From Octopus bimaculoides (taxonomy: Eukaryota), in assembly GCF_001194135.2 (NCBI RefSeq), contig NC_069002.1, positions 33,462,694-33,526,693 of the forward strand: 64,000 nucleotides of DNA. Direction: 5' to 3'. Position numbers and translations under genes: made by a program. This document shows, piece after piece, positions 13,891 to 26,600 of the stretch. The notes beneath the pieces were generated by a model. The model worked only from the letters and a program-made list of their open reading frames with translations. It ran no database searches and was not told where the DNA came from. Each line of letters starts with the position of its first letter. Within the stretch, counting starts at the first letter, position 1.

Positions 13891-14480
13891 TTATATACAA
13901 ATATCTACAAACCTAATACACATATATGTATGTACATACGCGTGTGAGTGCATGTTTGTGTGTATGATATATGTATGTACGTATACAAACGTTTATGTAT
14001 GTCTGTATGCATGTATTAATCTAGTCTTTCCATAGGTTAAAATATCACTAAGCAGAATTTCATGCCACAGAATTGATAGCGAGCGTTGATCGAACGCTAC
14101 AATTTTATTATACTAACCGGTGACTGCTCATTGTTCTGAGTAATATATATATATATATATATACAGAGCTGCCTATGTGCATGTGTATCTCTCTTTTTCT
14201 CTACCTACACAAGCATGCACATGCACACACACACCCACATATATATATATCCATGTATTTATGCATCTACCCATCCATCGACCCACACCACACATGCATA
14301 TATTCACATATAGTGTATTTGCATTTATGCATAGATAACGTATAATGTATATGAATTATACATATATATGCTTATATATGTATATATAAACAAAATCATA
14401 TATATATATATACGCATATATACATACATATATATAAGTATATATACATACATATATCGACATACTGACAGACACACATG
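11800..14480. repeat. Microsatellite-dense region of (TA)n/(CA)n/(TG)n blocks
   Basis: Seen directly; source of the YIYI/HTHT ORFs. Confidence 0.85.
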
Positions 14481-15004
14481 TGCGCGTGTGCATACGTATA
14501 TATATACCTATACTTCCGTATGAAAGTAGAAGCACCGAGAAAGAAAGAGGGGACGAGGTAAAGAGGAGGATGTGAAAAGACAGGAAGGAAGTGAGAGTTG
14601 CAATATAGATAAAGCTACTTTTCCATATGTTCAATTATTAATGATATAATGCAGGAATGGAAAATGGTGGCTCCTGATTCGTGATTTCTTTCCTGAAACC
14701 TAAATATTCGTTTAAAGTTAGTATATTATCCAAAATGCTTTGCATACTTGAAAAATAAGTATTTCATATTCTTCATGTCTACATATTGAAGAGGATTATT
14801 TCGTGATGGTGATGAAAAGCCGTTGCTTCCAATACAATGTGTATCAGTGAGTACTGAGTTTGTGTGTATGCAAGGTTATGCATGCATACATGCATACAAA
14901 TACACATGTGTGTTCGTGTGTTTATGTGTTTATATATGCATCTATCTCTATGCATTTAGAATTTAAACACACGCACTCTCACACAGGGCCACATTCACAC
15001 AAAC

Positions 15005-15117
15005 ACACAGAGAGAGCGAGAGAGAGAGAAAGAGAGAAAGAGAGAGCGAGAGAGAGAGAAAGAGAAAGAGAGAGAAAGAGAGAGAGAGAGAAAGAGAAAG
15101 AGAGAGAGAGAGAGAGA

Positions 15118-15185
<68 letters not shown>

Positions 15186-15426
15186 AAGNNNNNNNNNNNN
15201 NNNNNNNNNNNNNNNNNNNNNNNNNNNNNNNNNNNNNNNNNNNNNNNNNNNNNNNNNNNNNNNNNNNNNNNNNNNNNNNNNNNNNNNNNNNNNNNNNNNN
15301 NNNNNNNNNNNNNNNNNNNNNNNNNNNNNNNNNNNNNNNNNNNNNNNNNNNNNNNNNNNNNNNNNNNNNNNNNNNNNNNNNNNNNNNAGAGAGAGAGAGA
15401 GAGAGACAGAGACAAAGACAAAGACA

Positions 15427-15476
<50 letters not shown>

Positions 15477-15510
15477 GAAAGAGAGAGAGAGAGAAAAAGA
15501 GAGAGAGACT
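15005..15510. repeat. (GA)n/(GAAA)n polypurine tract with N-gap
   Basis: Seen directly. Confidence 0.95.
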
Positions 15511-15797
15511 CACATAAGGTAATGCATATTTATACAAGAAAAGGTACAGTGAGATACACATAGACAGACTGGCAAGGTGATTGATATATTTATGTGTGTG
15601 TGCGTGCGTGTATATATATACACACATACACATAAGGTAATGCATATTTATAGAGGAAAATGTACAGAGAGATACACATAGAAAAATGGGTAGAATGGAC
15701 TTCTGTGTAATTTTCGTCTATCTGATAAGGTTTATCTGAGACTATGGAAACAGTGCACCTCCCCAAAATGCAGGGTAATATGACAGGACTTACTCAC

Positions 15798-15848
15798 TTG
15801 TAGCTGCAGAAAGGACTTCTTCAAGATTTGGACAGAGTGTGCCTACTA
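15798..15848 (-). CDS. Candidate 51-nt (or 57-nt, to 15854) symmetric phase-1 exon, xVGTLCPNLEEVLSAAT
   Basis: Consensus donor CAA|gtgagt; acceptor attcag or tgtag with weak pyrimidine tract. Only one frame is open. Confidence 0.22.
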
Positions 15849-15911
15849 CTGAATCTACAATATGTCTATCTATCTACACACACAGATATATATGTGTGTG
15901 CATACATGCGT

Positions 15912-16303
15912 GAGGAGGCGAATTGGCCTAGTGGTTAGGGCAGCGGACTCGCGGTCATAGGATCGCGGTTTCGATTCCCAGACCAGGCATTGTGAGTGTT
16001 TATTGAGCGAAAACACCTAAAGCTACACGAGGCTCCGGCAGGGGATGGTGGCGAACCCTGCTCTACTCTTTCACCACAGCTTTCTCTCACTCTTACTTCC
16101 TGTTTCTGTTGTGCCTGTAATTCAAAGGGGCCAACCTTGTCACACTGTGCCATGCTGAATCTTCCTGAGAACTACGTTAAGGGTACACGTGTCTGTGGAG
16201 TGCTCAGCCACTTGCACGTTAATTTCACGAGCAGGCTGTTCCATTGATCGGATCAACTGGGACCCTCAACGTCGTAAGTGACGGAGTGCCAACAACAACA
16301 ACA
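15912..16303 (+). mobile_element. Full-length tRNA-derived SINE (CephSINE-like), (AAC)n tail, 10-bp TSD
   Basis: A box TGGCCTAGTGG, B box GGTTTCGATTCC, 3' ..GACGGAGTGCC(AAC)n. TSD ATACATGCGT at 15902-15911 and 16304-16313. The family name is inference. Confidence 0.92.
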
Positions 16304-17224
16304 ATACATGCGTATCATATCCCGTGTTCTAGTGTTACTCATTTGACCATCTTAACTAATGGAAGGTAACAAAAACGTAATTGATATATCAGACTTTAAC
16401 TGAAACTGGTATATTGATCTACAAGTTGCTATATCTGAATAGAAAGAACTTTCATAAATACTGTGGCTTCTCTGAGCTCTGCTATTAAAATAGTAATTGG
16501 TAATTGTTCCAATGCAATCCCAAATAAATTTGCAACATTAAAGAGATTGGCATTAGTTACGGATTATTATTTATTTATTAATTGTATAATTATAATCAAT
16601 TGATTGTCTGTGAATGATCAAAAGTATTTCTCTGTCGTCTGATGGTGCTGTTTAATGCTGTAATGTATTAATTTTATGTACGAATTCTAATCCTGTTGAG
16701 AATAACTTCACCTTCTCTCCATCCATGAATGACTAAATAAGGTACACATGAAATATTGGTGTGCATTACAACCACTCAACCCTATCGTCCGGTGTGAGAT
16801 CTTGTATCCTTGTTAGAAATCGTCAAAGCTGTTTTATAGTAATTTTCTTTATAAATTTTGGCGCAGGGGCATCAATTTTAATGGTAAAGTGTAAGTTCAT
16901 TATACCGATCCGAGTACTTGATGGACACTACATTTTACGCACCCTGTACGGATGAAAAGTAATGATTACGCTGGCGTGACATGAACTCAACGCGTTACGA
17001 TTCGGGAGATATGTGGCTAAACATATCCGATGCGCTAACAGTTCTGTCGAATTGCGGCCTTAATAATTATTTTGTTGTAATACAGGCACAAGTTTATCAG
17101 GACTGAAAACCCTACCTGACGTATTAATTGATACATTGTGATCTTTTTGATATTGATGATATGAAATACTTGTCCCCACGAAATCATGGTTGGTCTGTTA
17201 AAACAAGTTATAATGTAGTATATG

Positions 17225-17605
17225 GTTGGCACTCCGTCGGTTACGACGATGAGGGTTCCAGTGGATCCGATCAGCGAAACAGCCTGCTCGTGAAATTAAC
17301 GTGCAAGTGGCTGAGCTCTCCACAGACACGTGTACCATTAACGTAGTTCGCGGGGATATTCAGCGTGACACAGTGTATGAGAAGGTTGGCCTTTTGAGAT
17401 ACAGATACAACATAAACAGCAAGAAAGAGTGAAAGAAAGTTGTGGTTAAAGAGTACAGCAGGGTTCGTTACCATCCCCTGCCGGAGCCTTGTGGAACTTT
17501 AGGTGTTTTCGCTCAATAAACACTCACAACGCCTGGTCTGGGAATCGAAACTACGATCCTACGACCGCGAGTCCGTTGCCCTAACCACTGAGCCATTGCG
17601 CCTCC
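17225..17605 (-). mobile_element. Second full-length copy of the same SINE family, opposite orientation
   Basis: Reverse complement GGAGGCGCAATGGCTCAGTGGTTAGGG..GTTTCGATTCCCAGACC..GACGGAGTGCCAAC. Imperfect 12-bp TSD aatgtagtatat (17212-17223) and aatgaagtatat (17608-17619). Confidence 0.92.
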
Positions 17606-19402
17606 ACAATGAAGTATATACCATGAGAGAAACAGTCATATTAGATTTTTGGTGCATACTTGTTTATATTTTATATCGCTAGCGATGAAATAGAACCTGG
17701 CCACCACCAGCACCAAGACCACCAAATGAAGTAATTTCGACACACCTTAGTCTTCCAATGATCCAGCATCTGATCTCGCCGCCAGCGATATAGAAAAAAA
17801 CCCCCCGTATCCGAACAGTGTCGCGATTAAGCGTGTTAACAGATATATAAAAGAGACAGAGGTAATATTAATACGGAGAGGTGACATTTATCCCCACTAA
17901 AGCGTGAATACTCTGTTAGGACAAACTCTACCGCGGTAGATTCCACCAGTGAAAGTCTTCTATGGGATTTTGGTGCAAAAGGACCTCTTGTTTATATCGC
18001 TAAGAGTGAATGTTGCACAAAAAAACCAATATAAGAGTTTCTGAAATGGTATCTACCCTAGAAGAGTAACAAAACAACCACGTATAAGTGGCGATAAATA
18101 TTACTGTCTCTAATATAGACATTATTTGTCCAATAGTTGCTGTTGATGCTGACAGGTTTGACGCAAAGAAGGCTGCAACGAAAACGATATTTTCTTGTTC
18201 TTTTCCATATTGCAACAAAGAAACGCTATCGTATTCTTTGCAAAATGCTTAATCTGTAATTTCAAGTCATGTCACAAAATACGTTGAAACATACATTCTC
18301 TTTCACTCTGATCTGACAGTCACATTCAATAAAATAAAATGCAAGTTATCTTTATTAAGAGCGGGCGAAACTAGAGAGATGACAGATTTATAAAATGTTG
18401 GGAAAATACGTTCTTATAATTGTTTCCACGTTTTACTTTCCGAGGTCAAATTCCACTTCAGTCAAATATTACCTTTTTTTCTTCTATGACTTCTGCACCG
18501 ATGAAATTTAGGACAACATCATCACATTTTCCCTTCCATTTTAAACAAAGTTTCCCTGAACTAAAGGGTTCGATATAATCGACTTACACCCCGTCCCGCA
18601 ATAGATCAGTTCTCCGTTCAGTGGATTTAATGTGATTTCAGTTACGTATACGCTTTAGAACACTGGTGAGCCACAGTCCTCATGCAGTCAGGGGCTTAAG
18701 AAGAAACATACATCATCTACCGATATGATCACTCAATAAATCGAGAATAACAAGGATGACTTAGATTGAATATTCTGGGTGATAGTGTAACGTCGATTAA
18801 ACAGACCCAATTACACAACTGGTACTTAATTTGGACGATCATTAGAAAAGATGAAATATGAAATTGACTTAGGTTGGAAGTGAACCGAGGACAGAGAGGT
18901 GCGGAACTAAAAACTGAAAAACGATATTTTGTTTCTCATACACAACACTCATAATGATAAAAATGATAACAATGATTAAAAACAACCAAAAGACATAAAA
19001 ACGATAACATTTATGGAAAGAGTAATAACAACAAAGTCACCAGCAACACCAACACTGCCGATACCAACAACAGCAACAATTACAACAACATCAACGCTGC
19101 TAGAATACAAGTTTTATTTATGATTTTTATTTTCTTCCTCTTTTGTGTGTTTTCGGTGATGATTTTCAATTTTCTTTTATGTGATTCTCAGGAGACAAAA
19201 AAAGCAGAACTAAATTCCATCTCAAATTGAAATGAGGTGTAAAAATTTCTCACACACTGCATTCCTAATTCATGTTTTGTTCCACTGTCTTTGGTGTGTG
19301 TGTACATGCGTGTATGTGTGTGTGTCTCAATGCTTCTAAGTTTGAATGAAGAAGTGTGGTACATATTGGCATATATGCATGTGTATGTGTGTGCATACAT
19401 AT

Positions 19403-19437
<35 letters not shown>

Positions 19438-19871
19438 CACACACATAAGTATATGTATACATATGTTCATATATATATATATATATATACATTTAGGCAT
19501 ATGTATGTATGTATATATATATATATGTATATATGAGTGTGTGTGTATGTTTGGATGTGTCTGGTTATATGTAAGCGCACATCTATCACGAATGTATGTG
19601 TGTGTGTGTGTGTGTGTATATTTGTGTATGTCTATACGAGTGTTTAGAGGTTCATGAGTATATTCAGTAGAAATAGTATTAGTTTGGAAATAAAACAGTC
19701 ATGCATTTGTGACGACATTCATTCACACACACACGTTCATGTGTGTTTCCTCATAGCAACTCAAGAACAAGCATTACATATACAAAAATAATGACCTCGC
19801 TTCTACAGAAATTCGAGTGCCATGTTTCGATTCTAAATAAATCTGTTAAAAAAATGCCAAAATTTTCTTAC

Positions 19872-20068
19872 CGAAATCGTTTATATATTCTTCTCTATTA
19901 GGGATGTCCCCCATGATGCACTGGATTTGGATGCACTCCATAGTCCATGAATAGGTTTTGAAGTAGAGCCTCTCAGGCAAAGATTGATTGTAGACGACAC
20001 TCATATTGATATCCATGTAATCATCACGGTATGATTTATTACATATACGGACGCAATCGTAGCTAATC
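19872..20068 (-). CDS. Best candidate coding exon in the window (197 nt, phase 2 to 1): ISYDCVRICNKSYRDDYMDINMSVVYNQSLPERLYFKTYSWTMECIQIQCIMGDIPNREEYINDF
   Basis: Lies inside the longest non-repetitive, non-TE ORF (19846-20166). Strong donor TCG|gtaaga; acceptor tattag (or gattag 6 nt downstream, same phase). Cys-containing with three N-x-S sequons. No family recognised. Confidence 0.35.
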
Positions 20069-20280
20069 CTAATATGACTTTTTATTATATTTACAGATTT
20101 ATATAGCGATTTCGACACATGTATATTTACGAAAGACTCGTATGGAAACAGGTTGAATCGCATCAACTGGCCTTTGATTTAGGAGCCTCTCTGTTGACTG
20201 TTGTGGCACATACATATATCAATATAGACGAAAGCGAGATAACGGTACTGGTAATATGTATATTAATCTACATCTATCTA

Positions 20281-20735
20281 TTTCTTGGCCTTTATAGAGG
20301 TGAGGAGGAGGGTTTCCACTGCATTAGGTGTCTTTTTGTCTCTGGGTAAAAGTGTTGAACTCAGCGTTCACCTTGGTGTTAGGAGACCATCAAGGAATCC
20401 AACTGGATCTGCCCCAAATAAAGTCAAATTTCTATGGAAATGATCAGCCTGGTGCACTTTTCTTCAGGTGTAATATGGTGTGGCAGCCATCGACCTGATG
20501 CTTTAGTCAAGCTCTGTTTATTTTGCAGAATACTCTCACATATCTCACGTGATGTGGCAATAACATTGGTTATTTGATTCTGAGCCAATTGCCTGTCATA
20601 CATCACGACGTAGTGAACACGATCAACGTTTTCCTCGTTTTCCTGCAGGTCGTGCAGCCCTTTGGCACATCTTCAAAGCTCTGCATTCCCTCTTAACTTC
20701 AGTTACCCGCTTTTGTACTTTTGATAGTTGGTGAC
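20281..20735 (-). mobile_element. Mariner (DD34D-type) transposase fragment, N-terminal half
   Basis: Minus reading ENVDRVHYVVMYDRQLAQNQITNVIATSREICESILQNKQSLTKASGRWLPHHITPEEKCTRL..GADPVGFLDGLLT..FYPETKRHLMQWKPSSSP, matching mariner WVPxxL and E(T)KRQSMQW motifs. Confidence 0.85.
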
Positions 20736-20795
20736 ACTGGACCATCTAGTAGGGAAGGTAGCTGACTCCAAGAGATGCCGAGAGAGAAGAATCTT

Positions 20796-20990
20796 TTCTA
20801 CTCTTGACACAAGGCCCGAAATTTTGGGGGAGGCTAGCAATCGATTAGATCGAACCCCAGTACGCAACCGATACTTAATTAATCGACCCCGAATGAATGA
20901 AAGGCACAGTTTACCTCGGTGGAATTTGAACTCAGAACGTAAAGTCAGACGAAATACCGCTAAGCATTTCGCTTGGCGTGTTAACGTTTC
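20796..20990 (-). mobile_element. tRNA-derived SINE with Meta-type domain, copy a
   Basis: Reverse complement of GTTAGCACGCCGGGCGAAATGCTTAGCGGTATTTCGTC..GAGTTCAAATTCC..CTTTCATCCTTTCGGGGTCGAT..AAGTACCAG. The CCTTTCATCCTTTCGGGGTCGATAAA core resembles the MetaSINE domain. Confidence 0.85.
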
Positions 20991-21150
20991 TTATTTCTTC
21001 ATTGCCCACAAGGGACAGACAACGGGAGAAGTAGATTACATCGACCCCAATGCATAACTGGCACTTAATTTATCGACCCCGAAAGGATGAAAGGCAAAGT
21101 CGACCTCAGCGGAATTTGAACTCATAAAGTAACGGAAGACGAAATACCGG
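20991..21150 (-). mobile_element. Meta-type SINE copy b (5' truncated; different 3' tail)
   Basis: tttatcgaccccgaaaggatgaaaggcaaagtcgacctcagcggaatttgaactc on +. Confidence 0.85.
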
Positions 21151-21159
21151 CTTGCGAAC

Positions 21160-21372
21160 GATTCTGAACCGTTAGAACGCGGAGCGAAATGCTTAGTGGT
21201 ATTTCGTCTGTCTTTACGTTCTGATTTCAAATTCCGCCGAGGTCGACTTTGCCTTTCATCCTTTCGGGGTCGATAAATTAAGTACCAGTTGCATACTGGT
21301 CGATCTAATCGACTGGCCCACTCTCACAAAAATTCAGGCCTTGTGCCTAGAATAGAAAATAATAATAATAAT
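21160..21372 (+). mobile_element. Meta-type SINE copy c, head-to-head with copy b, (AAT)n tail
   Basis: gaaatgcttagtggtatttcgtctgtctttacgttctgatttcaaattccgccgaggtcgactttgcctttcatcctttcggggtcgataaattaagtaccag..ccttgtgcctagaatagaaaataataat. Confidence 0.88.
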
Positions 21373-21404
21373 AAGTTGTATTATAGATACAGTACCTGGA
21401 ATTT

Positions 21405-21583
21405 GTGGGATTGGGGGTTAATCGATTACATCGAATTCAGTGTTTTACTGATACTTAATTTATCGACCCCGAAAGGATGAAATGCAAAGACAACTTCGGC
21501 GGAATTTGAACTCAGAACGTAAAGACAGACGAAGTGCCGCGAAGCATTTCGCCCGGCGTGCTAACGGTTCTGCCAGCTCGCCG
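21405..21583 (-). mobile_element. Meta-type SINE copy d; more degenerate copies follow at ~21690-21860 and ~21880-22110
   Basis: Ends in gctaacggttctgccagctcgccg, the reverse complement of the family 5' head. Confidence 0.82.
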
Positions 21584-22180
21584 ACTACTACTACTATTAT
21601 GAAGAAGAAGAAGATAAAAAAAGGAGAAGGACAAGGACAAGAAGAATGCCTACTTCAGGTAAATAAGGTGAAATGCTGAGGGAGGTTGGTAATCGATCAC
21701 ATAGATCGCAGGACATAGCTGATACATGCTTTATATACACCGAAATAATAACACAAGAGAAAGCTGGTCTCTTAGGTATTTGAACGCAGAACGTAAGGCG
21801 AGAAGAAACGTCGCTTCGCATTTGTCTAGCCTGGTAAAGAAATCCTCCCGTTCATCGCCAAATTAAATAGTAATAATTGTTCTTTCAAACTCTGGCGCCT
21901 GGCTAGTAATTTTGAGGAGGAGCAATCAAATACATTCATCTTAGTACTCGACTGGTATTCATGCTATCGTCCTCTAAAGGTAAAAAAGCGTAGTCGACCT
22001 CGCTGACATTTTAACACAGAGCACAAAGAGATGGAAGTGCCACTAAGCAATTTGTTCGATGCACGAAGATCATAAACATGCGTGTCTATATTTAACACGC
22101 GCCAACGTATCTGCCATAACAATAGCAGTAAGAGCAACATTAAAACTATTTAAAAAAAAATTCTATCATTGTTTTGCTCG

Positions 22181-22525
22181 CTTCAGTCAGTTAACTGCGG
22201 CCGTGCTGCAGCACCGGCTTTAGTGGAAGAAATCAACGCCAGGATGTTTCTTTGTATGAAGAGTACTTACTTTATCGGTCTTTTGGCGAACCACTAAGTT
22301 ACAGGGTCTGAAACACGCCAGTATCCGTTGTCAAGCGATGGCGACACCCCCCCCCCCCCACACACAATTATACAACGGGTTTCTGTTATTTTCCGCCTGT
22401 CAAATCCACTCAAAAGGATTTGGCCGGCTCGAGACTATAGCAGAAGACGCTTGCCCAAGGTAACATGCAGTAGGACTGAAACCCGAACCAAGTGGTAGAC
22501 GAGCAAGCTTCTCATCACACAACAA
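22181..22525 (-). mobile_element. Composite tRNA-CORE SINE with internal microsatellite
   Basis: Reverse complement has a tRNA-like head (GGTTCGGGTTTCAGTCC), CORE-like CCTTGGGCAAGCGTCTTCTGCTATAG, GAGTGGATTTG, and tail GGTGCTGCAGCACGGCCGCAGT..GACTGAA. Same family at 40081-40375 and 63031-63505. Confidence 0.8.
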
Positions 22526-22948
22526 CGCCTGCACCTGTTGTTGCTTTTGATTACCATAATGAATGAATTCTGACAATTTTGTGCAAGATCCCGGTAAAAT
22601 CTCCCGTTTAAACGCAAGAGTAGTCACAAAAACAAAAAAGCAATATGAAGGACAATATAACAATAGAAATATGGAGGTCAAGAAGGTAAAGTTTTATAAT
22701 ATATCCCCCGTTCTACCTACAACGACAAATCAAGAATGAGATATCTGTTCTCGGTAATATGTTGCAAAGTATTGCAGAAAACATGAACACTATCACACGC
22801 ATACACATACATATGAACACGTTCAACCATATTTATTTTTTTATATATATATATATACATGTTTGTATTTTATGTATGTTAGTGAGTACACACGAGAAAG
22901 CAGTTTTACACACACGCATATGTATACACACACATCTGTATATATATA

Positions 22949-22996
<48 letters not shown>

Positions 22997-23088
22997 CTCC
23001 ATAGACTGAGAAATGTCTGTGCGTGTGTACCAACGTGTGAACGTGTATATGTTTATATATATCTATAAATTTCTATATTTAAGTTTGC

Positions 23089-23120
<32 letters not shown>

Positions 23121-23195
23121 GCATATGTATCTATATTTTAATATATAAATATATAGAAAAACATTTTAATGAGCGCAGGTGTTTATATATATATG

Positions 23196-23230
<35 letters not shown>

Positions 23231-23374
23231 TTTTGCTCATTAAATTGTGGCTTTATGTAGGAAAATGGTTATTTATGTTTCAAGCTGAGATGGATATGCC
23301 ATTGAGTGTAGAATGGTTCTAGAGATAAGTGCATGAGATCGAATTTTCGCCCGCATGCGCGTGAATGCCTATGA

Positions 23375-23488
<114 letters not shown>

Positions 23489-25567
23489 TTTGTATCTATT
23501 GGCACCAGTAGCATAATGGTATTAGTGTATTGTCTCCACGTGCACTAGTAATCAGAATTTCCTTTCTAAAATGTCTGCATTGTGAACGAAAAGTGAGAAA
23601 AGATAAAACAATACAATAAGAATTGCAACAACGACGAAACAACAAAAGCAACAACAACAACAACAACAACAACAGCAGCAGCATGATTGTCAAGGGAACA
23701 CACAAACAAGCCGAATATACAAATAGACCATTGAAATGATAACACACACAAACAGAAAAACCAAACAAATACAATCGCAGGAGGAGATAAACGATGCAAG
23801 CTAACATTGAAGCATGATGTGAATTAATATAATATTGAAATTAAATTATCTTATAATATTTAGCATATAGAAAAGTTAAACAATAACAACAACAAGGCAA
23901 CGAATATATAAATGAGAATGGTAAAAGGAAGGAGGAGTGGAAGAAAAAAAAGAAGAGGAGAAGGCGGAGGAGGAAGCGGAAGTACAGCAACAACAGGTTC
24001 ATAGACCGACATTAACAACTATGATGACGATAACCGCTGTAATAACGAGAAATAGAGAATACGGTTATCAACAAAAACCGCGGCGACGACACAGCAGCAA
24101 CAACAACAACAACATCTACAACAATAACTACTACTAATATTACTACTACTACTACTACTACTACAAATATAATAAGGTCAGTTTAAGTTTTAGAAAACGT
24201 ACTTAAAAATCGAAGATTTAAAATTGAGATTATGTGTGTGCGTACGCTTGCTCGTGTGTGTGCATGCGCGCGCACGTGTGTGTACATAGGTAAGTATATA
24301 CATACACACATAGACACATGATGTACGCATTGAATAATGTGTGCAAACAACACTTGAGCTATTTGAATTTTTATGGAATTTCCTATGTGTACATACACGA
24401 AGGAATATACATACATAATTATATACATATGTTTATACAAGTATATATATACATACACACACACATATATATATATACACATATATATATACACATATAT
24501 ATACATACATATACACATATATATATACATATATATACATACATATACACATATATATACACATATATATACATACATATACACATACATTTATATATAT
24601 ACACATATATATATAAATCATACGTATATTTGTATATATATCTACGCACGAACACACACGTGTGTGTATGTATACATACATTTATATATATATATATATA
24701 TATATNNNNNNNNNNNNNNNNNNNNNNNNNNNNNNNNNNNNNNNNNNNNNNNNNNNNNNNNNNNNNNNNNNNNNNNNNNNNNNNNNNNNNNNNNNNNNNN
24801 NNNNNNNNNNNNNNNNNNNNNNNNNNNNNNNNNNNNNNNNNNNNNNNNNNNNNNNNNNTATATATGCATGCACACACACACACAACCATGTTTATATTCT
24901 TTATTTTCTGTACAACAAAACCTTATGCAAAATATATCGAATACGCAAATTTAAAGATTAACAAAAGCTGAAGTAAAAACAATAGCACCCATAAAACAAA
25001 CAAACAAGGAAGGCAAAATAATGAAAGAAAATAAATAAAATAAACAATCACAAGACCACATGTAAACAACAACCTCATTCCTGGAAGCGTAATGTGAACA
25101 GAGATATAAAGACATAGCAAGACAGAAAGAGAGAGAGGGGCACGGTAAGAGAGTGAAAAGAGCGAATTTGTGAAAGAAAGAGAGAGAAAAAATGTGTGTA
25201 ATAGAGAAATGATTGGAACCATTTATTATGGAAGTCTTGTTTGTTTCAATAGCTATTATTATATATTTAGCCGTTATCATTATTTCTTGTTGTGGGGCAG
25301 CACGCAGTTTCTTCCGATTTCTTCTGCCTTCTTTCAAATCTTTGGCATTCTGTCTTATTTTATTCTTTCTAATTCGCATTCTTACTCACGGTTTTCTAGT
25401 TAATACCTTAACTTTTACTACTTGTACTCCTATACCACCTCGTCTACTTTTTTCTTTCTCCGCATTTTCCTTCTTCGCCATTTCATACTTCTTTCAAAGA
25501 TGACTTCTTTAATACAAGAGAAAGCCGAGCACTTGCACAGGTCTAAACGTTAAAGCAGTTGCCTTAC

Positions 25568-25635
25568 ATGTGTTTCATATTATGCCAGCGGCCCTGAAAT
25601 CTCCGATAGTTACTGTACCGTGATCCATGTAACAG
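25568..25635 (-). CDS. Candidate 68-nt exon (phase 0 to 2), LLHGSRYSNYRRFQGRWHNMKH
   Basis: Good acceptor ttctacacatttgcag and donor CAT|gtaagg. Only one frame is open, and the phase joins the 19872-20068 exon. Confidence 0.25.
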
Positions 25636-26003
25636 CTGCAAATGTGTAGAACGTCGAAATAATTTCTATTTCTGCTCATGAAATTTAATAAATTTACATT
25701 TATGCAATATTCATACTAATATAGGCCGCTATAGATTTTTCAGTAAAGGGAATAGTATCTATGAAATAAGACATAACTGTACATTGGTTTACTATGATAG
25801 CGACTACATTGTCATGAAAACCACAATGTATTCAAACATTAAAACATGCAATCTATCTATCTGTCTGCCTGCCTGTCTATAAATACTACATAGCGGTACC
25901 CAGCATGGGCATAGTCCAATTAGTGTAGCAGGTAAAAGGTAATATACATGTGTGTGTCTGTGTATAGAAACACAATCATTCGACGTTTGCGTATATGTGT
26001 GTG

Positions 26004-26038
<35 letters not shown>

Positions 26039-26206
26039 NNNNNNNNNNNNNNNNNNNNNNNNNNNNNNNNNNNNNNNNNNNNNNNNNNNNNNNNNNNNNN
26101 NNNNNNNNNNNNNNNNNNNNNNNNNNNNNNNNNNNNNNNNNNNNNNNNNNNNNNNNNNNNNNNNNNNNNNNNNNNNNNNNNNNNNNNNNNNNNNNNNNNN
26201 NNNNNN

Positions 26207-26242
<36 letters not shown>

Positions 26243-26329
26243 GTATGTGTGTGAGTGGATGTGTGTGAGTGTGTGTGTGTATACGCAAACGTCGATCAAT
26301 CACACACACACAACATATCTACGAATGAT

Positions 26330-26600
26330 ACCCTGATCCATAGAAGACGTCCTGCCGAACGACCTACACAATTGATTTGCTTATAGTGATCAAATTTATT
26401 TGTCGCACTTTACCTCACTCTCTCCATTAAATCGACTTTGCCTGAACAGGTGCACGGTGTCCCACGTGTCAGGTGTCGAAATAGTTGAAGTGCAACATGA
26501 CATAAGCAGCTTCCCTGATGAACACAACGCATCACCTGGTCTAGGAAATGAAACCACGATCTCGCGAGCGTGACAACAACACTAACCACTAGGCCTTTCA
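26330..26600 (-). mobile_element. Degenerate tRNA-derived SINE (third family); partial copy at 36750-36950
   Basis: Head ..gaaaccacgatctcgcg..ctaaccactaggcc on +. Body gccgaacgacct..cgac.t.gcctgaac.ggtgcac is shared with 36775-36870. Confidence 0.65.

Noticed and set aside
9990-17605. tRNA genes at A-box/B-box sequences (9990-10064, 15912-15985, 17535-17605)
   Set aside because: No complete cloverleaf or acceptor stem; each continues into a SINE body, two of them with TSDs.
17845-17856. TATA box (TATATAAAAG) as a promoter
   Set aside because: Such motifs are ubiquitous in this AT/TA-rich DNA, and there is no supporting first exon.
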